Of a stretch of DNA of 64,000 nucleotides, positions 1 through 13,103 are shown piece after piece. The notes beneath the pieces are model-generated. The model had not been told where the DNA came from. It ran no database searches and saw only the letters and a program-made list of their open reading frames with translations. Each line of letters begins with the position of its first letter. The stretch's first letter is position 1. Origin of the DNA: Anaeramoeba ignava BMAN (Eukaryota; Protista; Anaeramoebae); assembly GCA_028826165.1 (NCBI GenBank), contig JAPDFW010000078.1, forward strand, positions 62,001-126,000. The letters are read 5' to 3'. A program made the position numbers and the translations under genes.

Positions 1-819
1 AAAATTAAATTTATATAAATTATTAAATTATTAATTAATTATTAATATAATATTTAATTAAATAAAAAAGTGGAATAAATAATTTTAAATATTTAAAAAT
101 ATTAATTTAAAAATATATATTTTAAAAAAAATAAAATAAGAAAAAAAAATAAATTAAAATAAAATTTAATTTATTTTATTAAAAAAGGTTCTATGGTGTA
201 AGGGTATTAAATTATTAATTAAATATTAATATAATATTTATTAAATAAAAAAGTGGAATAAATAATTTAAATATTTAAAAATAATAATTTAAAAATATAT
301 ATTTTAAAAAAAATAAAATATTTAATAATTTTAAAAACAAAATATAAATAAATAATTATTAAATTATTAATTAAATATTAATATAATATTAATTAAATAA
401 AAAAGTGGAATAAATAATTTTAAATATTTAAAAATATTGATTTAAAAATATATATTTTAAAAAAATAAAATATTTAATAATTTTAAAACAAAATATAAAT
501 AAATTATTATTAAATTATTAATTAAATATTAATATAATATTAATTAAATAAAAAAGTGGAATAAATAATTTTAAATATTTAAAAATATTAATTTAAAAAT
601 ATATATTTTAAAAAAAAATAAAATATTTAATAATTTTAAAACAAAATATAAATAAATTAATATTAAATTATTAATTAATTATTAATAAAATATTAATTAA
701 ATAAAAAAGTGGAATAAATAATTTTAAATATTTAAAAATATTAATTTAAAAATATATATTTTAAAAAAAAATAAAATAAGAAAAAAATAAATTAAAATAA
801 AATTTAATTTATTTAAAAA
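1..819. repeat. AT-rich tandem array (~152 bp unit) upstream of tRNA-Gln, containing a tRNA 5' fragment
   Basis: The motif AAAAAGTGGAATAAAT recurs at ~70, 253, 405, 556 and 709. GGTTCTATGGTGTAAGGGTA (first 20 nt of the tRNA) is at 187-206. Confidence 0.9.
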
Positions 820-890
820 GGTTCTATGGTGTAAGGGTAGCACGTGAGACTTTGAATCTCACAGTCTAGGTTCAAATCCTGGTAGAACCA
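820..890 (+). tRNA. tRNA-Gln(TTG)
   Basis: Acceptor stem GGTTCTA/TAGAACC, anticodon arm TGAGA-CTTTGAA-TCTCA, T-loop GGTTCAAATCC, followed by an oligo-T Pol III terminator. Confidence 0.95.
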
Positions 891-943
891 TTTATTTTTT
901 TTTTAATTTTATTTATTTTTTTTTTTTTATTTAAAAAATAAAT

Positions 944-3900
944 TTAAAATTTGTTTTTCCATTTTTGAATTGTTTCATTTTTTGGAAAATTTTGGATTGC
1001 TTTTTGAATTAATTTTTGAATTTCAAATCTTTCAATTTCTTCTTTATTTTCTATTTTTATGTTTTAATTTTAATTGTTTTAATTTTAAATTTTGATTTTT
1101 GATTTTAATTTTAATTTTAATTTTAATTTTTACCTTGATTTTTGATAATAATATCCCATAATATTGATATTCCACTTTCTTGAATTTCTTCATTCTTTTC
1201 AAATATTTTCATTGTTGAAATGATTGTTTCAATTCCTTTCATCCTTTTAATTTCTTTTAAATTTTCTATTTATTATTTTGTATTTAATTATAAATTTAAT
1301 ATTATTTTTCTTTCTTTAATATTATTTTTTTGATTTCTTTCTTTCATTTACCTTCATTTTCAAAAATACAATTAAATAATGTTCTAATTCCATTTTCTTG
1401 AATTTTTTCATGATCTGGAAATTTATTCATTACATTAATAATTGTTTTAATTCCTTCTATTTCTCTCATTTTATTTTTATTATCTTTTTTTAAATTTTAA
1501 TATTAATTTTGAATTTTAATTTTAATTTTAATTTTGATTTTAATTTTAATTTTGATTTTGATTTTGATTTTGATTTTGATTTTGAATTTTAATTTTAATT
1601 TTAATTTTGATTTTGATTTTAAATTTTGATTTTAATTTTAATTTTGATTTTGATTTTGATTTTGATTTTGATTTTGATTTTATTTTTAATTTTAATTTTG
1701 ATTTTGATTTTGATTTTGATTTTGATTTTGATTTTTAATTGGATTTTTTACTGTTATTATCAAAAATAATATTCATTAATGCTCCACATCCTTTTTCTTG
1801 AATTAATTCATTGTTTTCAAATTCTTTCATTGCTGAAATAATTCTTTCAATTCCTTTCATTTCTCCGATTACTTCTCGATTTTCTGATTTTTATTTTATA
1901 TTTTAATTTTGATTTTTGTTTTTTTGAATTTTGATTTTTACTTTTATCAAATCCAATATTCCATAAAATACGAATTCCAATATATTGAATTCCTTTATCA
2001 TTCGAATATTTATTCATTATTGAAATGATAATTTCAATTCCTTTCAATTTCCTTATTTCCTTTTGATTTCCTTTTTTTTTGGTTTTTTTTTAAATTTAAA
2101 TTTTGAAATTTGATTTTAATTTTTTGATTTTACTTTTATTTTTATATGAAATTATGTTTAAAGCATCAAAAACTTGATATTGAATTTCTTTATCATTAAT
2201 CCATTCTTTCATTGTTGAAATTATTGTTTCGATTCCTTTCATTTCTCTAATTTCTTCTTGATTTTCTTTTGAAAGTTTGTTTTGTTTTTGTTTGTTTTTT
2301 TTCTTCATTTTAAATTTGATTAAATTAAATGAATTCATTTTAATTTACCTTGATTATTAAATGAACTATTTAATAGAATTCTACATCCATAATATTGAAT
2401 TATTTTATTCTTTGGAAATTGTTTCATTGCCGGTAAAATTATTCCAATTTCTTTCATTTTTTCAATTTCTGTTTCATTTCCATTTTCAAATCCAATATTA
2501 AACAAACTTCCACATCCATTTTCTTGTATTTCTTTATTATTTGGAAATTTTCTCATTGCTTGAATTATTGTTTCAATTCCTTTCATTTCTCGAATTTCTT
2601 TTTGATTGACTTTTTTGTTTTAATTTGGTTATCAATAATTTTTTATTTTTTGTTTCACTTTTTATTTATTTTTTGAATTTTTTTACTTGAATTATTAATA
2701 CTAATATTCCATAAAGTTTCACATCCTTGATTTTGAATTACTTGAATTTCTGGGAAATTATTCATCATTTTTATAATAATTTCAATTCCTTTTTTCTCTC
2801 TTATTTTATCTTTATTTTCATTGTTGTTATTATTAATAGCAAGATTTTTCAAACAACAACATCCCTGATATTGAATTTCTTTATTATTTGTAAATAATTT
2901 CATTGCTATAATAATTCTTTCAATTACTTGTGTTTCTGTGATTTCTTTTTCCAAACTAATATCATTATTATTTTCATTCATAATAATAATATTATTATTC
3001 AAAACACCACATCCATATTCTTGAATTTCTTCATCATCTTCAAATTTATTCATCATTTCAATAACTGTTTTAATTCCTTTCATTTCTTTAATATTTTCTT
3101 GATTTTCTGTTAAATTTGTTTATATTTATTTTAATTATTATTATTATTATTATTATTTTTATTCTTATTCATATTTTTACTTTCATTATCAATGCTAATA
3201 TTCCATAAAGCTCCACATCCTAATCTTTGAATTTCTTGATTGTTTTCTTTAAAATTATTCATTGTTTGGATAATTATTTCTATTCCTTTTCCTTTTCTTA
3301 TTTTATTCTTATTTTCTATTTGTGTTTTTTTTGTTTGGAATTATTATTGAATTAAATGAAATTATTATTTAATTATTATTGAATTGATTTTAATTTACTT
3401 TGATTATCAAATGAAAGATTCAATAAGCATCCTATTCCATTTCTTTGAATTCCTTGATTATTTTCAAACTGTTTCATTGTTGAAATAATTCTTTTTATTC
3501 CATTTATTTCTCTTATTTTATTAACACTTTCTATAATTTTTTTAATGATTTTAATTTTTTAATTTATATTGAAATTATTTTTACCTTTATTATCAAATGA
3601 AAGATTTAATAAACATCCTATTCCATTTCTTTGAATTTCTTGATTATTTTCAAATTTATTCATTGTTGAAATAATTCTTTCTATTCCATTTGTTTCTCTT
3701 ATTTTATTAACATTTTCTATATTTTTTTTTAATTTTTTTAATGATTTTTAATGATTTTAATGATTTTAATTGAAATTATTTTTACCTTTATTATCAAATG
3801 AAAGGTTTAATAAACATCCTATTCCATTTTCTTGAATTTCTTGATTATTTTCAAATTTATTCATTGTTGAAATAATTCTTTCTATTCCATTTGTTTCTCT

Positions 3901-6900
3901 TATTTTATTAACATTTTCTATATTTTATTTTTTTAATTATTTTAATGATTTTAATGATTTTAATTGAAATTATTTTTACCTTTATTATCAAATGAAAGAT
4001 TTAATAAACATCTTATTCCATTTTCTTGAATTTCTTGATTATTTTCAAATTTATTCATTGTTGAAATAATTCTTTCATTTACTTCCATTTCTTTAATTTC
4101 GTTTTCATTTCCTTTTTTTTTTCATTTTAAAATGAACATTTTCTAATTTTCTAATTTTCTAATTTTCTAATTTGTGAATTTAGATATTTTTACTTTTATT
4201 ATCATAAACAATATTCATTAAAGCTCCAGTTATTGATTCTTGAATATCTTCATTATTTTTAAAATTGATTATTGCTCTAATAATTACTTTAATTATCTGT
4301 AATTCCTTAATTTTCTTCTTATTTTCTGTGTTTTATTTATTTTTTAATTTATTTATTGATTATTTGATTATTTTTTTTTTGGATCATTTTCATTTTACCT
4401 TCATTTTGAAAATCAAAATAAGATAAAGCTGAACAACAATAAAATTGAGTAATACGTGAAGTTGGTGATTCATTCATTTCTTTTATAACTTCTTCAATTC
4501 CTTTCAAAATTCGGTTTTTGATTTGATTTTCTTTTGATTCAAAAAAAAAAGAAAGAAATGAATAATTAAAATTTTAAATAAATTGAGATCAATTATTTGA
4601 TTTTAAAAAAATAAAATGGATAACAATATACCTTCTTGATCAACTTCATTAGTGTTTGAATAATCAAATACTTTATTTTATAAAATAAATAAATAAGAAT
4701 TATTACTATTAATATCATTATCATTTTCATTTTAGAAATTTTAGGTTTTGAATTGAAAAAAAAAATTTACTTTCATTTTCTATTTCAAGAAACTTTATTA
4801 AAAATGATATAAAAAGTTGAATCCTTTGGTTATCTGGAAAATTTTTAATTCCTTTTTTAATTAATTCAATTCCTTGAAGTTCTATAATTTTATTTCGGAT
4901 TTCTATTCAAAAAAATATATAAAAAGTAAGTAATTATTTTTATTATCATATTCTTCACTTACTTTTGTTATTTGCACAAATAATTTGTAAAAACTCAAAT
5001 CCAAATTGTTGAATTTCATTCTTATATTGGAAATTATTCATTAATTTGATCACCATTTCAATTCCATTTAATTCTGAAATTATATTTTGGTTTTCTATTT
5101 ATTTTTTATTTTTTATTTTTTATTCAAATTAATAATTTTGATTATTATTTTTATTATTATTAGTTTTATTTATTTTACGTTGATTTTGAAAAGAAAAACT
5201 TGATAAACATTTTAATCCTCTTGTTGTAACTATGCTACTGTTTATAAATTTATTCATTATATTAATAACTGTTTCAATTACTTTTAGTTCTCTTATTTTA
5301 ATTTGATTTCCTAATTATTTTTTTTTCCAAATTTAAATTTAAATTTAAATTCTCTTCTTTTTTTATTTGTTATTTGATTATTTTTAAATTTATTTTGATT
5401 CTTAAAAGTTATTCTGTATAAAGCATTACATGCATCTCCCAGAATCAATTTATCATTTGGAAAATTAGCTATTGTTTTAAGTATTATTTCAATTCCTTTT
5501 AAATCACTAATTTTATTTTGATTTTCTATTTTATTGATTCGATTTTTTTTTTAAAAGAAAATAATTTTGATGAAAAGAAAAGAAAAAGTTTTTTTCTTTC
5601 TCATTTTGAGTTTTACCTTCACTAATTGCAGAAAAAAATTGTAAAAATATAATTCCATTTCTTTGAATACTATCACTATTTGGGAAATGATTTAATGATC
5701 TGATAATTATTTCTATTACGTTTAAATCACTAATTTTATATTGATTTTCTATTTCAATTTTATTAAAAACAAAAACAAAAACACAAATTATATGAAATGA
5801 AATCGAATTTAATTAAAAATTTAATTAATAATTTTTTTTACCTTTATTATCTAAAGGAATATTCGCAAAAAATTTACATCCATTCATATTAACACCTTCA
5901 CTATTTGGGAAATTATTCATTGCTTTTATAATTACTTCAATTACATTCAATTCTTTCATTTGGTATTGATATTGTTTTTAATTAAATCCAAATAAAAAAC
6001 AAAAACAAAATGATTTAATTAATTTTTTTTAAATAAATTTTTAATTTACTTTCAATAAAAAAAGGACAAGAGGTTAATAATCCACATCCATTTATTTGTA
6101 TTATTTCATTATTAGAGAAAGTATCCATTAATTTGGTAACTGTTTTGATTCCATTCAATCGAATAATTTCATTTTGATTTTCTGATTGTTTTGTTTTTTT
6201 TTATTATTTTAATTCAAGATTTAAAAATAATTATAAATTAATTTCTTTATTAATTTATTTTTACCTCGATTATCAGAAATTATATTATATAAACATGTAC
6301 ATCCATTTGAATTAATGAAACGATCATTTGGGTAATTATTTAATGTTTTAATAATTAATTGAATTCCTTTCAATTCTCTAATTTGATTTTGATTTCCTAA
6401 AAAATTGTTTTTTGATTAATTAAAAAAATTAACTCATCTTTTCCTTTTAATTATTTAATTTCTTTACCTCTATTATAAAGAGAAATATCCAATAAAAATA
6501 AAATCCCATTTCTTTGGACTATTATATTATCGGGGAAATTATTCATTGTTTTGATAACAATTTCAATTCCATTTAATCTTGTGATTTGATTTTGATTTTC
6601 TAAATTAAACAACAAAACATGAATTAAATATTTATTAAATATTCAATTTTTTTTGGATATTTCTTTTTTCACCATTATTATTGTGGCAAATATTCGATAT
6701 AAACAAACATCCATTTGCTTGCATAGGACCTTTATTAGGGAAATTATTCATTGCTTTGATAACTATTTCAATTCCATTCAATTTTCTTATTTCATTTTGA
6801 TTTTCTAAATTAAACAACAAAAAATGAAAGAAATTTGAATTAAATTAATTTTATTCTATTTTTTTGGATATTTTACCTTGATTATTTGGGGAAATACTTG

Positions 6901-8992
6901 ATAAACCAGCACATCCATATACTTGAATAAGTTCAATATTTGGGAAATTATTCATTGCTTTGATAATTGTTTCAATTCCTTTCAATTCTCTTATTTGATT
7001 TCGATTTTCTAAAATTAAAACAACAAAACAAAATTTAAAATTAAATCTAAATCAAATTTTTTTGGATATTTATTTTACCTTGATTATTTGGGGAAATACT
7101 TGATAAAAATACACATCCATTTTCTTGAATAAGTTCAATGATTTGGGAAAATTATTCATTGCTTTGATAACAATTTCAATTCCATTTAATTCTCTTATTT
7201 TATTTTGATTTTCTAAATTTAAAACAAAAAATGAAAGAAATTTAAATTTAATTTAATCAATTTTTTTTTGGATATTTATTTTACCTTTGTTATTTTGAGA
7301 AATACTTGATAAACCAGCACATCCATTTACTTGAATAAGTTCAATATTTGGGAAATTATTCATTGTTTTGATAATTGTTTCAATTCCATTTAATTTTCTT
7401 ATTTGATTTTGATTTTCTAAATGTAAAACAATAAAACAAAATTTAAATTAAATCAAATCAATTTTTTTTGGATATTTATTTTACCTTTGTTATTGTGAGA
7501 AAAAAAATATAAAAATCCACATCCAAATAACTGAACAAGTCCATGATTTGGGAAATTATTCATTGTTTTGATAGTAATTTCAATTCCATTTAATTTTGTA
7601 ATTTGATTTTGAATTTCTAAATTAAAAAACAAAAATACATTTAAAATTAAAATTAAATCAATTTTATTCTATTTTTTTTGGATATTTATTTTACCTTGAT
7701 TATTTTCAGAAATAGTATATAAAAATAAAAATCCATTTTCTTGAATAGAATCATTATTTGGGAAATTATTCATTGCTTTGATAACTATTTCAATTCCATT
7801 TAATTTTGTAATTTGGTATTGATTTTCTAAATTTAAAAACAATAATACATTTAAAATTAAAATTAAATCAATTTTATTCTATTTTTTTTGGATATTTACC
7901 TTGATTATCTTCAGAAATAACATATAATAGCAAACATCCACTTTCTTGAATAGAATCATTATTTGGGAAATTATTCATTGCTTTGATAAGTGTTTCAATT
8001 CCACTTAATTTTGTAATTTGATTTTTATTTTCTAAATTTAAAACAAAACAAAAATTAAATTAAATTAAATTTAAATGAAACCAATTTTATTGGATATTTT
8101 ACCTTGATTATTGTCAAAAATGGAATATAATAACAAACATCCATTTTCTTGAATCTTTTCATGATTTGGGAAATTATTCATTGCTTTTATAAGTGTTTCA
8201 ATTCCACTTAATTTTGTAATTTGATATTGATTTTCTAAATTTAAAAACAAAACAAAAATTAAATTTAAATTTAAATTAAATCAATTTTACTGGATATTTT
8301 ACCTTGATTATTTCCTCCAATACCATATAATAACAAAGATCCATTTTCTTGAATCTTTTCATGATTTGGGAAATTATTCATTACTTTGATAACTGTTTCA
8401 ATTATATTCTCTCCAAAAGTTTGATTTCCTTCAATAACAAAATAATCAAAAATTAATTTAAGAAAAATGTTTTTGATTTATTTTTGATTTATTTTTTTAC
8501 TTTTTCTTATAAAATATTCCAATATTTGCACAATTCCATTTAATTGGATTTCATCATTACTTGGAAAATTGTTCATTATTTGTAAAATTTTTGGAATATT
8601 TTCGAAATCTTTTAATGAATTTTTATATTCCAAATTATTTTTTCCATTTTTTAAACAATTCATATTATTAATAATATTATTTCAATTTTTTAAATTTAAT
8701 TATATTTTTTTACTTTCAGATTGAATTGAAATTGATTGAAGTTTTGATTCAGTTTCTTTTTGTTTAATTTGTAATAAACTTTGTTGAAGAGTATTTGTAA
8801 GATCTTGTATTGAAATTGAATCTTTTTAAAATTAATTAAAATTTTATTTTGAATTTTATTTTTAAATTATTTTTAAATCATTTCTAAATTACTTTCTTTT
8901 TCTTTTTCTTTTTCTTTTGTTGATGTTTGTTGAAAAAAATTTGTAAGTGATTGAATAAGTTTTTGATCAATTTTTTCTTCTTTTTTTTGCAT
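944..8992 (-). CDS. Multi-exon Armadillo-repeat protein (~37 exons, about 35 ARM-like 44-aa repeats; LRRK2-N-terminal/aardvark-like repeat type)
   Basis: Manual splicing: ATG at 8992 (MQKKEEKIDQ...), stop TAA at 946-944. Most exons are exactly 132 nt with phase-1 GT..AG introns (e.g. 8234-8103, 7416-7285, 3530-3399, 1483-1352). Repeat consensus ENQNQIxxLxGIExVIKAMNNFPNxxxIQxNGCxxLxxIxxNN. Confidence 0.85.
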
Positions 8993-9149
8993 TTTAATTT
9001 AACTTTAATTAATTTTATTATTATAAAAATTTGTTTGAATTAAGAAATAAAAAAAAATGAAAAAAAAATTTCTTTCAATTTATTTTTTTGTAAATATAAA
9101 ATTGAACTTATCAAAAAAAAAAAAAGCAAAAAAAAAATAAGAAATTTAA

Positions 9150-12100
9150 TTTAATTTATAAAAGTTTCTATGGTGTAAGGGTATTTAATTATTAATTAAT
9201 TATAGATAAAATATTAATAAAATAAAAAGTGGAATAAATATATTTTTTAATTAAAAATAAAAATAAAAATTTAAATAAAATAATTTAAAAATAAAATAAT
9301 TTTTAAAAATAAATATTTATTAATTTCAAAACAAAATATAAATAAATTATAATTAAATTAATTAAATTTATTGATGATAAAATATTAATTTAAAAATAAT
9401 TTTTAAAAATAAATATTTATTAATTTTAAAACAAAAAAATTAAAAATAAAATAAATTTAATTAATAAAATAAAAATAAAATAATTTTTAAAAAATAAAGA
9501 AAAATAAATTAATTTAAATAAAAATAATTTTTAAAAATAACATTATTATTTTAAAAACAAATTATTAATAAATTATTATTAAATTATTAATTAATTATTG
9601 ATATAATATAAATAAAAAGTGGAATAAATATATTTTAATTTAAATTAAAAATAAAATAAATTTAATTTAAAATTTTTAAAAATTAATTTTTAAAACAAAA
9701 ATAAATAAATTATTATTAAAATTAATTTTTAAAACAAAATATAAAAAGTGGAATAAATATATTTTAATTAAATTAAAAATAAAATAAATTTAAATTTTTA
9801 AAAATAATATTTAAAAAGAAATAAAATATTTAAATTAAAAAAAGTGTAAGGGAATAAATATATTTTAATTTAATTAAATTAAAAATAAAATAAATTTAAT
9901 TTAAATAAAATAAATTTTTAAAAATAAATATTTATTAATTTTAAAAACAAAAATATAAATAAACTATAATTAAATTATTAATTAATTATAGATATAATAT
10001 AATAAAAATAAAAGTGGAATAAATATAATTAAATTTAAATTAAAAATAAAATAAATTTAATTTAAATAAAAATAATTTTTAAAAAATAAATATTTTTAAT
10101 TTTAAAATAAAATATAAACAAATTTTTAAAAATAATTAATTAATTATTAATTAATTATTGATTAATTAAAATAAAATTGGAATAAAATAAATTTAATTAA
10201 TTAAATAAAATAAATTTAATTTAAATAAAATAATTTTTAAAAATATTTATTAATTTTAGAAATAAAAATAAATAAATTTATTAAATTATTAATTAATTTA
10301 TATAAAATATTAATAAAAAGTGGAATAAATATATTTTAATTTAATTAAAAAATAAAATAAATTTAATTTAAATAAAATAATTTTTAAAAATAAATATTTA
10401 TTAATTTTAAAATATAAAAAAATATAAATAAATTATTATTAAATTATTAATTAATTATTGATATAATATAAAAAAATAAAAATGGGAATAAATATATTTT
10501 TAATTTAAATTAAAAATAAAATAAATTTAATTTAAATAAAATAATTTTGAAAAAAAATAAATATTTATTAATTTTAAAAAAATTATAAATAAATTATTAA
10601 TAAATTATTAATTAATTATAGATATAATATTAAATAAAAAAAGTGGAATAAATATATTTTAATTTAATTAAAAATAAAATAAATTTAATTTAAATAAAAT
10701 AATTTTTAAAAATAAATATTTATTAATTTTAAAAATAAAATATAAACAAATTATTATTAAATTATTAATTAATTATTGATATAATATTAATTAAAAAGTG
10801 GAATAAATATATTTTAATTTAAATTAAAAATAAAATAAATTTAATTTAAAAATTTTGAAAAAAAATAATTAATTTTAAAAAAAATAAAATAAATTATTAA
10901 AATTAAATTAATTAAATTTAAATTAAAATTTTAAAAGAATAATTTTTAAAAATAAATATTGATATTTAAAACAAAATATTAAACAAAAATTAAAATAAAT
11001 ATATTTTAATTAAATTAAAAATAAAATAAAAATTTAATTTAAATAAAATAATTTTTAAAAATAAATATTTATTAATTTTAAAAACAAAATTATAAATAAA
11101 TTATTATTAAATTATTAATTAATTATTGATATAATATTAAAATAAAAAGTGGAATAAATATATTTTAATTTTTAATTAAAAATAAAATAAATTTAATTTA
11201 AATAAAATAATTTTTAAAAATAAGAAAAAAAGAAATTAATTAAATTTAAATTAAAAAGGTTCTATAAATTTAATTTAAATAATTTAATTTTTAAAAATAA
11301 ATATTTTAATTAAAATTATAGATATTAAAATATAAATAAAATAAAAAGTGGAATAAATATATTTTAATTTAATTAAAAATAAAATAAATTTAATTTAAAT
11401 AAAATAATTTTTTAAAAAATAAATATTTATTAATTTTAAAACAAAATATAAATAAATTATTATTAAATTATTAATTAATTATTGATATAATATTAATAAA
11501 ATAAAAAGTGGAATAAATATATTTTAATTTAAATTAAAAATAAAAATAAATTTAATTTTAAATAAAATAATTTTTAAAAAAAAAGAAAAAGAAATTTAAA
11601 TTAAAAATTTAAATTAAAAGGGTATTAAATTATTAATTAATTATAGATAAAATATAAATAAAATAAAAAGTGGAATAAATATATTTTAATTTAATTAAAT
11701 AAATAAAATAAATTTAATTAAATTAATTTTTAAAAATAAATATTTATTAATTTTTAAAACAAAATATAAATAAATTATTATTAAATTATTTTAATTATTG
11801 ATTAATATTAATAAAAATATAAAAAATAAAAAATAAATTTAATTAAAAATAAAATAATTTTTAAAAAAATAAGAAAAAGAAATTAATTAAATTTAAATTA
11901 AAAAGGTTCTATGGGTGTAAGGGTATTTAAATTATTAATTAATTATAGATAAAATATAAATAAAAATAAAAAGTGGAATAAATATATTTTAATTTAAATT
12001 AAAATAAAAAATAAAATTAATTTAAATAAAATAATTTTTAAAAATAAATATTTATTAATTTTAAAACAAAATATAAATAAATTATTATTAAATTATTAAT

Positions 12101-12886
12101 TAATTATTGATATAATATTAATAAAAATATAATTAAATTTAAATTAAAAAAATAAAATAAATTTAATTTAAATAAAATAATTTTTAAAAATAAAAAGAAA
12201 AAGAAATTAAATTTAATTTAAATTAAAAAGGTTCTATGGTGTAAGGGTATTTTAATTATTAATTAATTATTGATATAATATTAATAAAAAGTGGAATAAA
12301 TATATTTTAATTTAAATTAAAAATAAAATTAAATTTAATTTAAATAAAATAATTTTTAAAAATAAATATTTATTAATTTTAAAACAAAAATATAAATAAA
12401 TTATTAATAAATTATTAATTAATTATAGATAAAATATTAATAAAAAGTGGAATAAATATATTTTAAAATTTAATTAAAAATAAAATAAATTTAATTTAAA
12501 TAAAATAATTTTTTAAAAATAAATATTTATTAATTTTAAAACAAAATATAAATAAATTATTATTAAAATTAATTAATTATTATTGATAAAATATTTTAAA
12601 TTAAAAAATAAATTAAATTTAAATTAAAAATAAAATAAATTAATTTTTAAATAAAACAATTTTTAAAAATAAATATTTATTAATTTTTAAAACAAATTAT
12701 AAATAAATTATTATTTAATTATTAATTAATTATTGATATAATATAAATAAAAAAAATATATTTAAATTTAAATTAAAAAAATAAAATAAATTTAATTTAA
12801 ATAAAATAATTTTTTAAAAAAAAAATAAGAAAAAGAAATTAAATAAAATAATTTTTAAAAATTAAAAAGGTTAAATGGTGTAAAAA
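9150..12886. repeat. ~3.7 kb AT-rich tandem array (~160 bp unit) with interspersed tRNA-Gln 5' fragments
   Basis: The same AAAAGTGGAATAAAT motif as the left array recurs about every 160 bp. tRNA 5' fragments at 9164-9183, 11905-11925 and 12230-12249, with shorter remnants at ~9844, ~11258, ~11619 and ~12869. Confidence 0.9.
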
Positions 12887-12957
12887 GGTTCTATGGTGTA
12901 AGGGTAGCACGTGAGACTTTGAATCTCACAGTCTAGGTTCAAATCCTGGTAGAACCA
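12887..12957 (+). tRNA. tRNA-Gln(TTG), identical to the copy at 820-890
   Basis: Same 71-nt sequence and cloverleaf, followed by a T-tract terminator. Confidence 0.95.
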
Positions 12958-13103
12958 TTTATTTTTTTTTTAATTTTTTTTTTATTTAAAGTTCTAATTT
13001 TAATTTTTAAACTAAAAAAAATTTTTTTTATTTTTCATTTTTTCATTTTTTTCCTTTTCTTTTTCTTTTTCTTTCTTTTTTCAAAAATTATCCAAATAAT
13101 AAA

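Noticed and set aside
187-890. Split or intron-containing tRNA formed by the 5' fragment
   Set aside because: No separate matching 3' half exists, and the downstream tRNA already has its own complete 5' end.
9150-12886. CRISPR-like array (recurring GTGGAATAAAT motif with intervening sequence)
   Set aside because: The intervening sequences are homologous to each other rather than unique spacers, there are no cas genes, and the context is eukaryotic.
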